DNA from: an uncultured Prevotella sp.
GTDB taxonomy: Bacteria > Bacteroidota > Bacteroidia > Bacteroidales > Bacteroidaceae
Assembly (NCBI GenBank): GCA_964493905.1
Contig: CAZBQA010000008.1
Coordinates: 13,802 to 77,801 of the forward strand
Direction of reading: 5' to 3'
Length of the DNA stretch: 64,000 nucleotides
This document shows, piece after piece, positions 17,728-26,104 of the stretch; the stretch's first letter is position 1; every line of letters starts with the position of its first letter. The translations under genes and the position numbers were made by a program. The notes below the pieces were generated by a model. That model was not told the origin of the DNA. It did not search any database and saw nothing but the letters and a program-made list of their open reading frames with translations.

Positions 17728-20700
17728 ATGCAAATTAGTAAAACAAAAATGTGCATCATGACCCTATGCGTCATGTTGTTTGCGATGGTAACAAGAGCTA
17801 TGGTCGCAGCCTCCACAACGACGGTAACGGCTTTGTGGGATTTCCAGCATCAAAACCCGGCGAGTCTGAGTGGTATCGTCATCGAAGGCAACCAGAATCA
17901 TGTAGCCTCCACAAACTCAAGTATCAGTATGTTTGTCATTGCCAAAAGCGGCAAGTTTGCTGTCCGCACGAGCGATGCGCAACTCAACAAGGACACCTAT
18001 CTCCGTATCCCTGTAAAGAGCACCAGCGATGTGGTGACCGTCGTTTCCTACCCCGGCTATCACAACTATACCATCAATGGTACGGCTGCGACCTCCAACA
18101 CCACGACGCATACCGCCAATTCGGCTGAGGTGGCCCAAGGGTTTGTACAGCTGCAGGCTACAGCCACCAGCTACCTCTACAGCGTCAAGGTGGTGCAGCA
18201 GGTGAGCAGTGGGGAGACGACAACCGGCACCTCGACATCGTCGTCAAGTGGCACCCAGGTCACTGCACTCTGGGATTTTGAACATGTCAACCCTTCGGCC
18301 CTGAGCGGACTCATACTCAATGGCGTGCAGGGACGCATCCCTTCGACGCTCAGCGACGTGTCTATCTTCTGCATTGCACAATATGGCAAGTTTGCCCAGC
18401 GCACCAGCGATGCCCAGGTGAATGCCAAGACGGCCCTCAGGGTGCCCGTCACCACCACCAGCGATGTGGTGACCGTGACCAGCTACCCCGGTTACCACAA
18501 CTATACGATCGGAGGCAAGGCGGCCACGGCCGATGTAACCAACTATCAGGCCACGGCAACAGACGTGAGTCAGGGTTATGTCGTTATCTTCGGTACCGCC
18601 ACCTCCTACTTGCTGAGCATCAAGGCTGTGTTGAACGCCTACCAGGGCACGGGCCAACCCACCACAGGCTCCACCACGGGCTCCACCACATCGGGTAGCA
18701 CCACAGACAACACCACAACAGCCAGCGGCAACTTCACCGCCGTTGACCAAGACTATTACATTGTCAGTCCAGGAAGTGCCAGCGGTTTCCTCAGTGCCCT
18801 GGCCAAGGCCAATGGCAACACATCATCATCGCGAAAGTATATCTTCCTGCCCGATGGTGTCTACGACCTGGGGCAGACCTGTCTGACAGCCATCACCGGC
18901 AGCAAGATCTCAATCATCGGCCAGAGCATGGACGGCACCATCATCAGAAATGCCCCAGCCGTAGCCAATGAAGGAATCTCGAAGACAGCCACGCTACTCA
19001 ACAATGGCAGCTACAACTATTTCCAGGACCTCACCATCGAGAACGCACTCGACTACTACAATGCCGGTTCTGCCGGACGTGCGGTGACCTTACAGGACAA
19101 GGGCAACTACACCATCTGCAAGAACGTAAGACTGAAGTCGTACCAAGACACCTACTACAGCAATAACGCAAACGGGAAATTCTATTTTGAAGACAGCGAC
19201 ATCCATGGCACTGTCGACTTTATCTGCGGTGGCGGCGACGTGTTCTTCAATGAATGTACGCTGACCATCGAGCCCCGTACCAAGGACGGTTCCGGCTCAT
19301 GCGTCATTGCAGCACCTTATACCCAAAGCAGCTGGGGATATGTATTCAACAACTGCGCTATCCAAAACAAGGCGGCAAGCTACAGCCTTGGCCGCGCATG
19401 GGGTGGAAGTCCCAGACTGGCATACATCAACACGAGCGTCAACGACACAAAGGTCATCTCTACCCGATTCACCACAGCCGGCATGAACGTGCCCGCCTAT
19501 TCGTTCAAAGAATACAACACCCATAAAGGCACGGTGGTGACTACCCCATCGAGCAACAAGGTGACGTTCACCCAAGGCACCACCTCAAAAACAATGGAGA
19601 CCGTGCTCACTGCCACAGAAGCTGCCACCTATAAGCTGAGCAACGTTCTGGCCGGATGGATGCCCAATGAAGATGCCGCACAACTTAAAATGAGTAGCGT
19701 AAGTCAGAGCGGCAATACCATCATGTGGGGCAGCGTGGCAGGTACCAGTTCTTATGCCATCTTCAGAAACGGCAGTTTTGTGGCCATCGTAGGCAAAGGC
19801 ACAACATCGTACACCATCAGCAACACTGGCACATACACCGTGCGCGCCTCCAACCCAATGGGTGGTTTCGGTACGGCGGCCAGCGTCAATGTGTCTGCCA
19901 TTGGCAGCAACACATCGTCGGGCTCTACCAGCGGCTCTGCATCAGGGATGAGCCAGTATGACCTCAATGCCCCGATTGGATGGGGTACTGTAGGCGGCAC
20001 CATCAGCGGGAGCAAAGACCAGAATGTGGTGACGGTGCGTACTGCTGATGAATTTGTCAACGCCATGTCGGGCACGGCAGCCACCACGATTTATGTGTCT
20101 GGAACGCTCACTTTTAGTGGACAGGTAGCCATCAATGGTGCACAGAACAAAACTGTGTATGGTCTGCCGGGGTCGGCACTCGTTAACCTTGTCCACACCG
20201 GCGATGTCAGCAAGACCGGTATTCTGATGCTGAAAAACAGTAAGAACATCATCCTGCGCAACCTCACATTCAAAGGTGCCGGAGCATACGATATAGATGG
20301 CAAGGACAACCTCACGATACAAAACTGCACCTATATCTGGGTAGACCACTGCGACTTTCAGGATGGGGTGGATGGTAACTTCGACCTCAACAACGGGACA
20401 GATAATGTGAGCATCACCTGGTGTCGGTTCCGTTACCTCATTGCTCCCTGGGCCGGTGGGTCAGGTGGCAGCAACAACCACCGATTCTCCAACCTCATCG
20501 GTGGCAGCGACAGCAATGCCTCTGTGGATGCGGGCAAGCTCCGCATTACCATCGCCAACTGCTGGTGGGATGAAGGCTGTGTGTCGCGCATGCCACGCGT
20601 GCGCTTCGGACAAGTACACATTGTCAACAGTCTGTTCTCTTCGAGTGTTGCCACTACATGCATTGGTGCCGGCTACCGCAGTAACATCTACCTTGAGAAA

Positions 20701-21135
20701 TCGGCCTTTACCTCCAGTGCTGCCAAAGCCAATGCCTGGGAGGTCTATGCCACCCAGAGCGGTTACACCGACTATAATATCACGGTGAGCGGAAATATAG
20801 GCACTGCTGACACGCAGAAACGCAGTGGCAGTTATGCCTATTTTAATCCCAGCAACAGCTATAGCTATTCTCCTTATGCTGCCAACTTGGTCGAGAGCGT
20901 GGTGAGCACCTATGCTGGGGCAACGCTCCAGTTCTCTGCCGGTGCCAAAGCAATGGGCGTCATCTCCAGCGAGACAACAGCAGTGGCCGATGTCGAGGCT
21001 GCTACCAAACCGGCTAAGACGCTGTACTTCAACATCAACGGCACACCTCTGAGTAGCCCCCGAAAGGGAACTAACATCGTGAAGAAGATTTATAGCAATG
21101 GAAAGACGACGGTTGAGAAGTTTGTTGTGAAATAA
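17728..21135 (+). CDS. Secreted multidomain pectinase. Order of parts: signal peptide, two copies of an unknown ~125-aa module, CE8 pectin methylesterase, FN3-like domain, PL1 pectate lyase, T9SS C-terminal sorting domain.
   Basis: CE8 motifs are YQDTYY, GTVDFICGGG and LGRAWGG. PL1 motifs are IWVDHCDF, NLIGGSD and SRMPRVRFGQVHIVNS. The C-terminus ...LYFNINGTPL...KIYSNGKTTVEKFVVK is CTD-like. Confidence 0.88.
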   Translation: MQISKTKMCIMTLCVMLFAMVTRAMVAASTTTVTALWDFQHQNPASLSGIVIEGNQNHVASTNSSISMFVIAKSGKFAVRTSDAQLNKDTYLRIPVKSTSDVVTVVSYPGYHNYTINGTAATSNTTTHTANSAEVAQGFVQLQATATSYLYSVKVVQQVSSGETTTGTSTSSSSGTQVTALWDFEHVNPSALSGLILNGVQGRIPSTLSDVSIFCIAQYGKFAQRTSDAQVNAKTALRVPVTTTSDVVTVTSYPGYHNYTIGGKAATADVTNYQATATDVSQGYVVIFGTATSYLLSIKAVLNAYQGTGQPTTGSTTGSTTSGSTTDNTTTASGNFTAVDQDYYIVSPGSASGFLSALAKANGNTSSSRKYIFLPDGVYDLGQTCLTAITGSKISIIGQSMDGTIIRNAPAVANEGISKTATLLNNGSYNYFQDLTIENALDYYNAGSAGRAVTLQDKGNYTICKNVRLKSYQDTYYSNNANGKFYFEDSDIHGTVDFICGGGDVFFNECTLTIEPRTKDGSGSCVIAAPYTQSSWGYVFNNCAIQNKAASYSLGRAWGGSPRLAYINTSVNDTKVISTRFTTAGMNVPAYSFKEYNTHKGTVVTTPSSNKVTFTQGTTSKTMETVLTATEAATYKLSNVLAGWMPNEDAAQLKMSSVSQSGNTIMWGSVAGTSSYAIFRNGSFVAIVGKGTTSYTISNTGTYTVRASNPMGGFGTAASVNVSAIGSNTSSGSTSGSASGMSQYDLNAPIGWGTVGGTISGSKDQNVVTVRTADEFVNAMSGTAATTIYVSGTLTFSGQVAINGAQNKTVYGLPGSALVNLVHTGDVSKTGILMLKNSKNIILRNLTFKGAGAYDIDGKDNLTIQNCTYIWVDHCDFQDGVDGNFDLNNGTDNVSITWCRFRYLIAPWAGGSGGSNNHRFSNLIGGSDSNASVDAGKLRITIANCWWDEGCVSRMPRVRFGQVHIVNSLFSSSVATTCIGAGYRSNIYLEKSAFTSSAAKANAWEVYATQSGYTDYNITVSGNIGTADTQKRSGSYAYFNPSNSYSYSPYAANLVESVVSTYAGATLQFSAGAKAMGVISSETTAVADVEAATKPAKTLYFNINGTPLSSPRKGTNIVKKIYSNGKTTVEKFVVK

Positions 21136-21281
21136 CTCGAGAACCTCTCATGTAGCTACATTTTCCTTTGTCGATGGGCAACTTACTGAGCATGGTTCAC
21201 GGTCCTTCGATTTGTCCGGCTTTTCACCATCTACTTGAAGATGCCCATAGCGAATGGATTGTCTAACATCGACTGATCGAG

Positions 21282-21327
21282 AAAAAAGGCACTGCAACGG
21301 CCGGGAGGCTGTTACAGTGCCTTTTTT
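21282..21327. terminator. Bidirectional intrinsic terminator between convergent genes
   Basis: AAAAAA-GGCACTGCAACGGCC-GGGA-GGCTGTTACAGTGCC-TTTTTT forms a 15-bp stem with one mismatch and one G-U. Confidence 0.8.
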
Positions 21328-21348
21328 GATGATGTAGTGCTCGTGGGG

Positions 21349-22992
21349 TTATTCTGCAGGAACCTCGTACTTGCTGCCAGTTGCCTTCACCAGTTTGCGG
21401 CGGAAAGGCTCGGGGTAGCCCGGACGACTCACACGGGCACCAATGCCCTCAGGGGTGAGTTTGAACCTGCCGTTCTCCTCGGGGCGCACCGTCATGTCGT
21501 TGAACTTCACGATGAGATAGGTGGCCAGTTGCTTCCACCGGCTTAGCATCTGGTCGGCCTGCTTGTTGCTATAGGTGTTGAGGTACTTCACGGCACTGGC
21601 AGGGTCGGTTTGATACAGGGCCACAGCCTTGTCCTCCACCTCCTTCTGTTGGGCGAAGTAGCTTAGTTCGAGCGAGTCGCGTACCTCCTTGAGACTCGGG
21701 AAGAGCTGTGAGTAGCGCGGATAAACCATGTTGCTCACCCAGTTGCACACCCAGAAGGCATTGTCCATCGAGAAGTGCAGGCCGTCGGCACCGGGGGTGT
21801 TGTAGCATACGGGCTGCACGGTGTTGCCGCAATATACGGGGGTATAGGCCACCATGTTGCCGTCGTCGTTGCCAAACCAGAGCACGCCACCCACCTGGCG
21901 GGGCAGCCAGGCGCGCATCTGCGCCACATAGCTGAAGCCAGTCTGCTGGGTGCTCACGGGACGCTCGTTGAAATATTTCTTGCCGTCGACCTCAAACATC
22001 AGCGGCGTGGGCCGGTAGGGCATCTGCCAGATGCCACCCCCCATGTCGGCACTGTCGAGGGCCATCGGCGTTCCTTCGTAGTGGTCGCGCATGGCCGTCT
22101 GCACATCCTGCACGCTGAGCTTCTTGTCGGGGATAACCCACAACGGCATGTCTTCGGCATCCTTGTCCACACCGAGAGCCCAAGGCAGATAGCGGTCCAT
22201 GCCCTTGGCAAAGCGGTTGAAGAACGACCACGCACGGGCATCGCAGAAACGACGACCAGAGAAGTCGGGCTTGGCGTATGTGTTCTTCCAGTTGAAGTCG
22301 GCATCCTTGCCTGTGTACCAGCCCTTGCTGCGGGCAAAAGACACCACATCCTTGGCATAGAGCACATTGGCCTTGTCTTTCATGTCAAACTTTCCGATAC
22401 GGCTCTGGTTGGCGTGAGCGCTGATGGCATTGTCGGGAATGCGCACGGCCACCCATACCACACCCTTGGAGCCCGGGCCCTTGCCCTGCATCTCCATGAT
22501 CCACGCCTCGTTGGGGTCGCAGATGGTGAAGGTCTCACCACCCGAGCAGTAGCCATAGGTCTGGGCCAGCGTGGTCATCACCTTGATGGCCTCGCGGGCT
22601 GTCTTCGAACGCTGCAGACCGAGGTAGATGAGCGAGCCATAGTCGATGCCGCCCGTGGTGTCGACCATCTCCTCGCGACCGCCGTAGGTGGTCTCGCCGA
22701 TGGTCACCTGATACTCGTTGATGTTGCCGATGACGTTGTAGGTCTCGGGTGCCTCGGGTATCTGACCGATATACTTATGGGTGTCCCAGTCGATGATGTC
22801 ACGCATCTCGCCCTTGGCATGCTTGCCTGCGGGATAGTGGCACAGGCCGATGAAGAGTCCGTAGTCGTCGGCGTTGTACGAGCAGATGACCGAGCCATCT
22901 GCCGAAGCCTTCTTGCCCACGATGAAGTTGGTGCATGCCATGGCGGCGGTGGCTGCCATGAGGAAGGCTGATAAGAGCATTTGTTTTTTCAT
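21349..22992 (-). CDS. C69 family dipeptidase (secreted)
   Basis: The signal peptide MKKQMLLSAFLMAATAAMA is followed by the nucleophile context CTNFIVGKKAS, typical of peptidase family C69. The start was chosen at 22992. Confidence 0.88.
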   Translation of the reverse strand: MKKQMLLSAFLMAATAAMACTNFIVGKKASADGSVICSYNADDYGLFIGLCHYPAGKHAKGEMRDIIDWDTHKYIGQIPEAPETYNVIGNINEYQVTIGETTYGGREEMVDTTGGIDYGSLIYLGLQRSKTAREAIKVMTTLAQTYGYCSGGETFTICDPNEAWIMEMQGKGPGSKGVVWVAVRIPDNAISAHANQSRIGKFDMKDKANVLYAKDVVSFARSKGWYTGKDADFNWKNTYAKPDFSGRRFCDARAWSFFNRFAKGMDRYLPWALGVDKDAEDMPLWVIPDKKLSVQDVQTAMRDHYEGTPMALDSADMGGGIWQMPYRPTPLMFEVDGKKYFNERPVSTQQTGFSYVAQMRAWLPRQVGGVLWFGNDDGNMVAYTPVYCGNTVQPVCYNTPGADGLHFSMDNAFWVCNWVSNMVYPRYSQLFPSLKEVRDSLELSYFAQQKEVEDKAVALYQTDPASAVKYLNTYSNKQADQMLSRWKQLATYLIVKFNDMTVRPEENGRFKLTPEGIGARVSRPGYPEPFRRKLVKATGSKYEVPAE

Positions 22993-23021
22993 ACGTATGG
23001 TTTTTGGGTTCAACAATCGTA

Positions 23022-23873
23022 TCAGTCGCAGGCCTTGAAACTCATGTCGAGGCCCTTCACGCTATGGGTGAGCGCACCCACGCTGATGAAGTCGACGCCT
23101 TGCTCGGCATAGTCGCGGATGGTGTCGAAGGTGATGCCGCCCGACGACTCCGTCTCGTAACGGTGGCCGATGAGGTCTACTGCCTTCTTGGTATCGGCCA
23201 CGCTGAAGTTGTCGAGCATGATGCGGTCTACGCCACCCTTGTCGAGCACCTGCTGCAGCTCGTCGAAGTTGCGCACCTCGATCTCGATCTTCAGGCTGAG
23301 TCCCTTCTCCTGCTGGTAGGCGTGGCAGCGGTCGATGGCTGCGGCGATGCCTCCGGCAAAGTCTACATGGTTGTCCTTGAGCAGAATCATGTCGAAGAGT
23401 CCGATGCGGTGGTTGGTGCCGCCACCAATCTTCACGGCCTGCTTCTCGAGCATACGCATGCCGGGAGTGGTCTTGCGGGTGTCGAGCACACGGGTGCCGG
23501 TGCCGGCCAGTCGCTCCACATAGCGGTGGGTCATGGTGGCGATGCCGCTCATGCGCTGCATGATGTTGAGCATGAGGCGCTCGGTCTGGAGCAGCGAGCG
23601 TGTCTTGCCGCTCACCACCATGGCGATGTCGCCCACCTTCACGGGCGTACCATCCTCGATGAGTACCTCCACCTGCAATGTGGGGTCGAAGCGTGCAAAC
23701 ACCCTGCGGGCCACGTCGATGCCGGCCAGGATGCCGTCTTCCTTGATGAGGAGGTGGCTCTTGCCCATAGCGTCGGCCGGGATGCAACAAAGGGTGGTAT
23801 GGTCTCCGTCACCGATGTCTTCGGCAAAGGCGAGGTCGATGAGACGGTCTTCAAGTTCGTTTACTGATAACAT
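23022..23873 (-). CDS. nadC: Nicotinate-nucleotide diphosphorylase (carboxylating), also called quinolinate phosphoribosyltransferase
   Basis: The 283-aa ORF contains LAFAEDIGDGDHTT...LDTRKTTPGMR...IMLDN...SGGI. Confidence 0.92.
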   Translation of the reverse strand: MLSVNELEDRLIDLAFAEDIGDGDHTTLCCIPADAMGKSHLLIKEDGILAGIDVARRVFARFDPTLQVEVLIEDGTPVKVGDIAMVVSGKTRSLLQTERLMLNIMQRMSGIATMTHRYVERLAGTGTRVLDTRKTTPGMRMLEKQAVKIGGGTNHRIGLFDMILLKDNHVDFAGGIAAAIDRCHAYQQEKGLSLKIEIEVRNFDELQQVLDKGGVDRIMLDNFSVADTKKAVDLIGHRYETESSGGITFDTIRDYAEQGVDFISVGALTHSVKGLDMSFKACD

Positions 23874-23923
23874 ATCTTATTGTGTTTTGGTTCCTACGAT
23901 TTGTTTACTTTTCTTTGGGCCTT

Positions 23924-24880
23924 CTACTCCTGTCGTGGTCGCTGCTCCCGCTGGGCAGACGAGAACCTGCGCGCCGGCTCGTCAGACATGGGTCTGTCGG
24001 TGGCAGGCACCTTGTTGATCATGAGTCGGCCGGTGTCGCGACGCACTTGGGGCGAGTCGGCCGGCGATACAGAAGCAGGTGTACTTGGAGCTGGCTTGGT
24101 GGCTGTGCGATGACACCGCAACAGATGTATGCGGCTGATGCTCATCAACTGCAACGTGGTTGAAGAATTGTTGGCCATCATGCTCTTGTTGAGCATGAAC
24201 ATACCTTTCACGCTCTTCACCCCCAGGTTGTTGCGGTCTTCGACCATCAGCGAGAGGTCGGTGGGCGAAGAGAGATGCACCACCTGCGAGGCGGTGCTGT
24301 CGTTGCCAAAGACCACTGCCAACACAGCGATGCCGTCACGCGACCCGTCCTGGAAGATGAAGTCGGTGTGGAAGGCAAGAATGAAGCCGTCGCCCTTATG
24401 AATGGTAGAGTCGGCCTTGTATTCGAAGTTGTAATAGTTGTAAGGTGCATTGGGAATGAGGGCCAGCGTCTTCTCGCCTTGCCAGATGTCAACCGTGTCG
24501 CCCGACACCGAACCGGTGTTGAGGGCGATGGAGCCGGTAGCGCCCATAGCGTCGGCATCGTCTTTCAGCCGATTGGCTAAATTCTCGTAAATGCCATGCA
24601 ACACGTCGGCATGACGCATGTAATAGACCATCGAACTGTCGAACTCGGCCTGTGTGACGTCATACTTCTTCATCACGGCCTCGCGATAGGCCACAAGGTT
24701 CTCGGCATAGTCGCCGGGAGCCTGCTGGGCCATGGCATCGGCCAGATGATAGTCGTAGAGCAAGTCTTCGAGTTCGTCTGGCGAGATATACTTTGAGGGC
24801 ACGGTGGGTTTGCATCCCGCCGCCATAGACAGCAGGAACATGCCCAACAAGATGATTGTGCAATGGTATAATCCTTTCAT
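23924..24880 (-). CDS. DUF4296-type lipoprotein with a long C-terminal extension
   Basis: The lipobox is LLSMAAGC. The N-terminal region ISPDELEDLLYDYHLADAM...YDVTQAEFDSSMVYY resembles DUF4296, and the position downstream of lspA is conserved in Bacteroidales. Confidence 0.75.
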   Translation of the reverse strand: MKGLYHCTIILLGMFLLSMAAGCKPTVPSKYISPDELEDLLYDYHLADAMAQQAPGDYAENLVAYREAVMKKYDVTQAEFDSSMVYYMRHADVLHGIYENLANRLKDDADAMGATGSIALNTGSVSGDTVDIWQGEKTLALIPNAPYNYYNFEYKADSTIHKGDGFILAFHTDFIFQDGSRDGIAVLAVVFGNDSTASQVVHLSSPTDLSLMVEDRNNLGVKSVKGMFMLNKSMMANNSSTTLQLMSISRIHLLRCHRTATKPAPSTPASVSPADSPQVRRDTGRLMINKVPATDRPMSDEPARRFSSAQREQRPRQE

Positions 24881-24901
24881 CTTATGCTCCTCCCTTCTTG
24901 A

Positions 24902-25639
24902 TCAGTCTTTCGATTTCTTTGCCTTGGCATCGCGTGCAGCCTGCTGCTCACGTTCGCGGGCCTCGTGCTCGGCCCTCACCTGCTCGGGTGTCTTGCGCTT
25001 CAAGGCAATGTTCACTGTGTCGCCAATGCCCTCCATGTCGGTGCGGCAGAAAATCAGCAGACACACCACACCCACAGAAATGCAGGCATCGGCAAAGTTG
25101 AACACCGGCGAAAAGAAGATAAACTCGTTGCCACCCACCCAGGGCACCCAATCGGGCCAGGTGGTCTGGATGATGGGGAAATAGAACATGTCGACCACCT
25201 TACCCATCAAAAAATCGGCATAGCCCGTACCGAAGGGTACGAAATAAGATACGTAGTAAGGTGACGAGGCATTGAAGATCAGCCCATAGAACATCGAGTC
25301 GATCAGGTTGCCGGCAGCCCCGGCCACAATCATCGATAGCAAGACGATATACCTCGTGCGGCATTGCTGGCGCACGGCCTGCCAGATATACCAGCCTATG
25401 ACGGTGATGGCCACCAGACGTAGTAGACTCAGAAAGAGTTTGTTGATGAACGTCAGTCCATAGGCCATGCCGTTGTTCTCGATGAACGTGATACGGAACC
25501 AGTCGGTCACAGTAATCGACTCACCGAGCGACATGGTGGTCTTCACCTCGATCTTGATGATCTGGTCGATCACCAGGATGGCGATGACGAGCATCCAGGC
25601 CATCCTACCATCGGTCAAACCTAGTTTCGCTTTTTTCAT
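24902..25639 (-). CDS. lspA: Lipoprotein signal peptidase II
   Basis: LVIDQIIKIEVKTTM...FIENNGMAYG...FNFADACISVGV is the typical LspA sequence. It carries a charged C-terminal tail. Confidence 0.9.
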   Translation of the reverse strand: MKKAKLGLTDGRMAWMLVIAILVIDQIIKIEVKTTMSLGESITVTDWFRITFIENNGMAYGLTFINKLFLSLLRLVAITVIGWYIWQAVRQQCRTRYIVLLSMIVAGAAGNLIDSMFYGLIFNASSPYYVSYFVPFGTGYADFLMGKVVDMFYFPIIQTTWPDWVPWVGGNEFIFFSPVFNFADACISVGVVCLLIFCRTDMEGIGDTVNIALKRKTPEQVRAEHEAREREQQAARDAKAKKSKD

Positions 25640-25642
25640 CTA

Positions 25643-26023
25643 TTATTTCTTTCGGGCATTCTTAGAGGCAACACTCAACGTGGCGTGGGGAACCACACGT
25701 AAACGCTCTTTGGGAATGAGCTCACCCGTGATACGGTCGATGCCGTAAGTCTTGTTCTGAATACGAATCAAGGCAGCCTCCAAGCCCTGGATAAACTTCT
25801 GCTGGCGCTGGGCCGTCTGGATGAGGTTCTCACGCTGGATGACATCGGTGCCCTCCTCCAGAGCCTTGTAAGTGGGTGCCGTGTCGGCATCGGTATTACT
25901 GTCGGCATTCGACAACTGACGCATAGCATCGTTGTAACTCTCGCGTGCAACCTTCAGTTTCTCATTGATGATCTGACGGAACTCTTCGAGGTCTTCGTCA
26001 GAATAGCGGACTTTATACTCCAT
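25643..26023 (-). CDS. DksA/TraR-family regulator-like protein (cysteine-free variant)
   Basis: MEYKVRYSDEDLEEFRQIINEKL...IRIQNKTYGIDRITGELIPKERL. The position between ileS and lspA is conserved in Bacteroidetes. Confidence 0.8.
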   Translation of the reverse strand: MEYKVRYSDEDLEEFRQIINEKLKVARESYNDAMRQLSNADSNTDADTAPTYKALEEGTDVIQRENLIQTAQRQQKFIQGLEAALIRIQNKTYGIDRITGELIPKERLRVVPHATLSVASKNARKK

Positions 26024-26051
26024 GATGTAAAATGATAGATGGTATATCAAC

Positions 26052-26094
26052 AAAAAGTCTCATCTGTTCCTCACGTTGGAGCAACAGATGAGAC
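26052..26094 (-). terminator. Intrinsic terminator/attenuator after ileS
   Basis: On the minus strand GTCTCATCTGTT...AACAGATGAGAC forms a 12-bp stem followed by TTTTTG. Confidence 0.7.
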
Positions 26095-26104
26095 ACTCTT
26101 GTGA

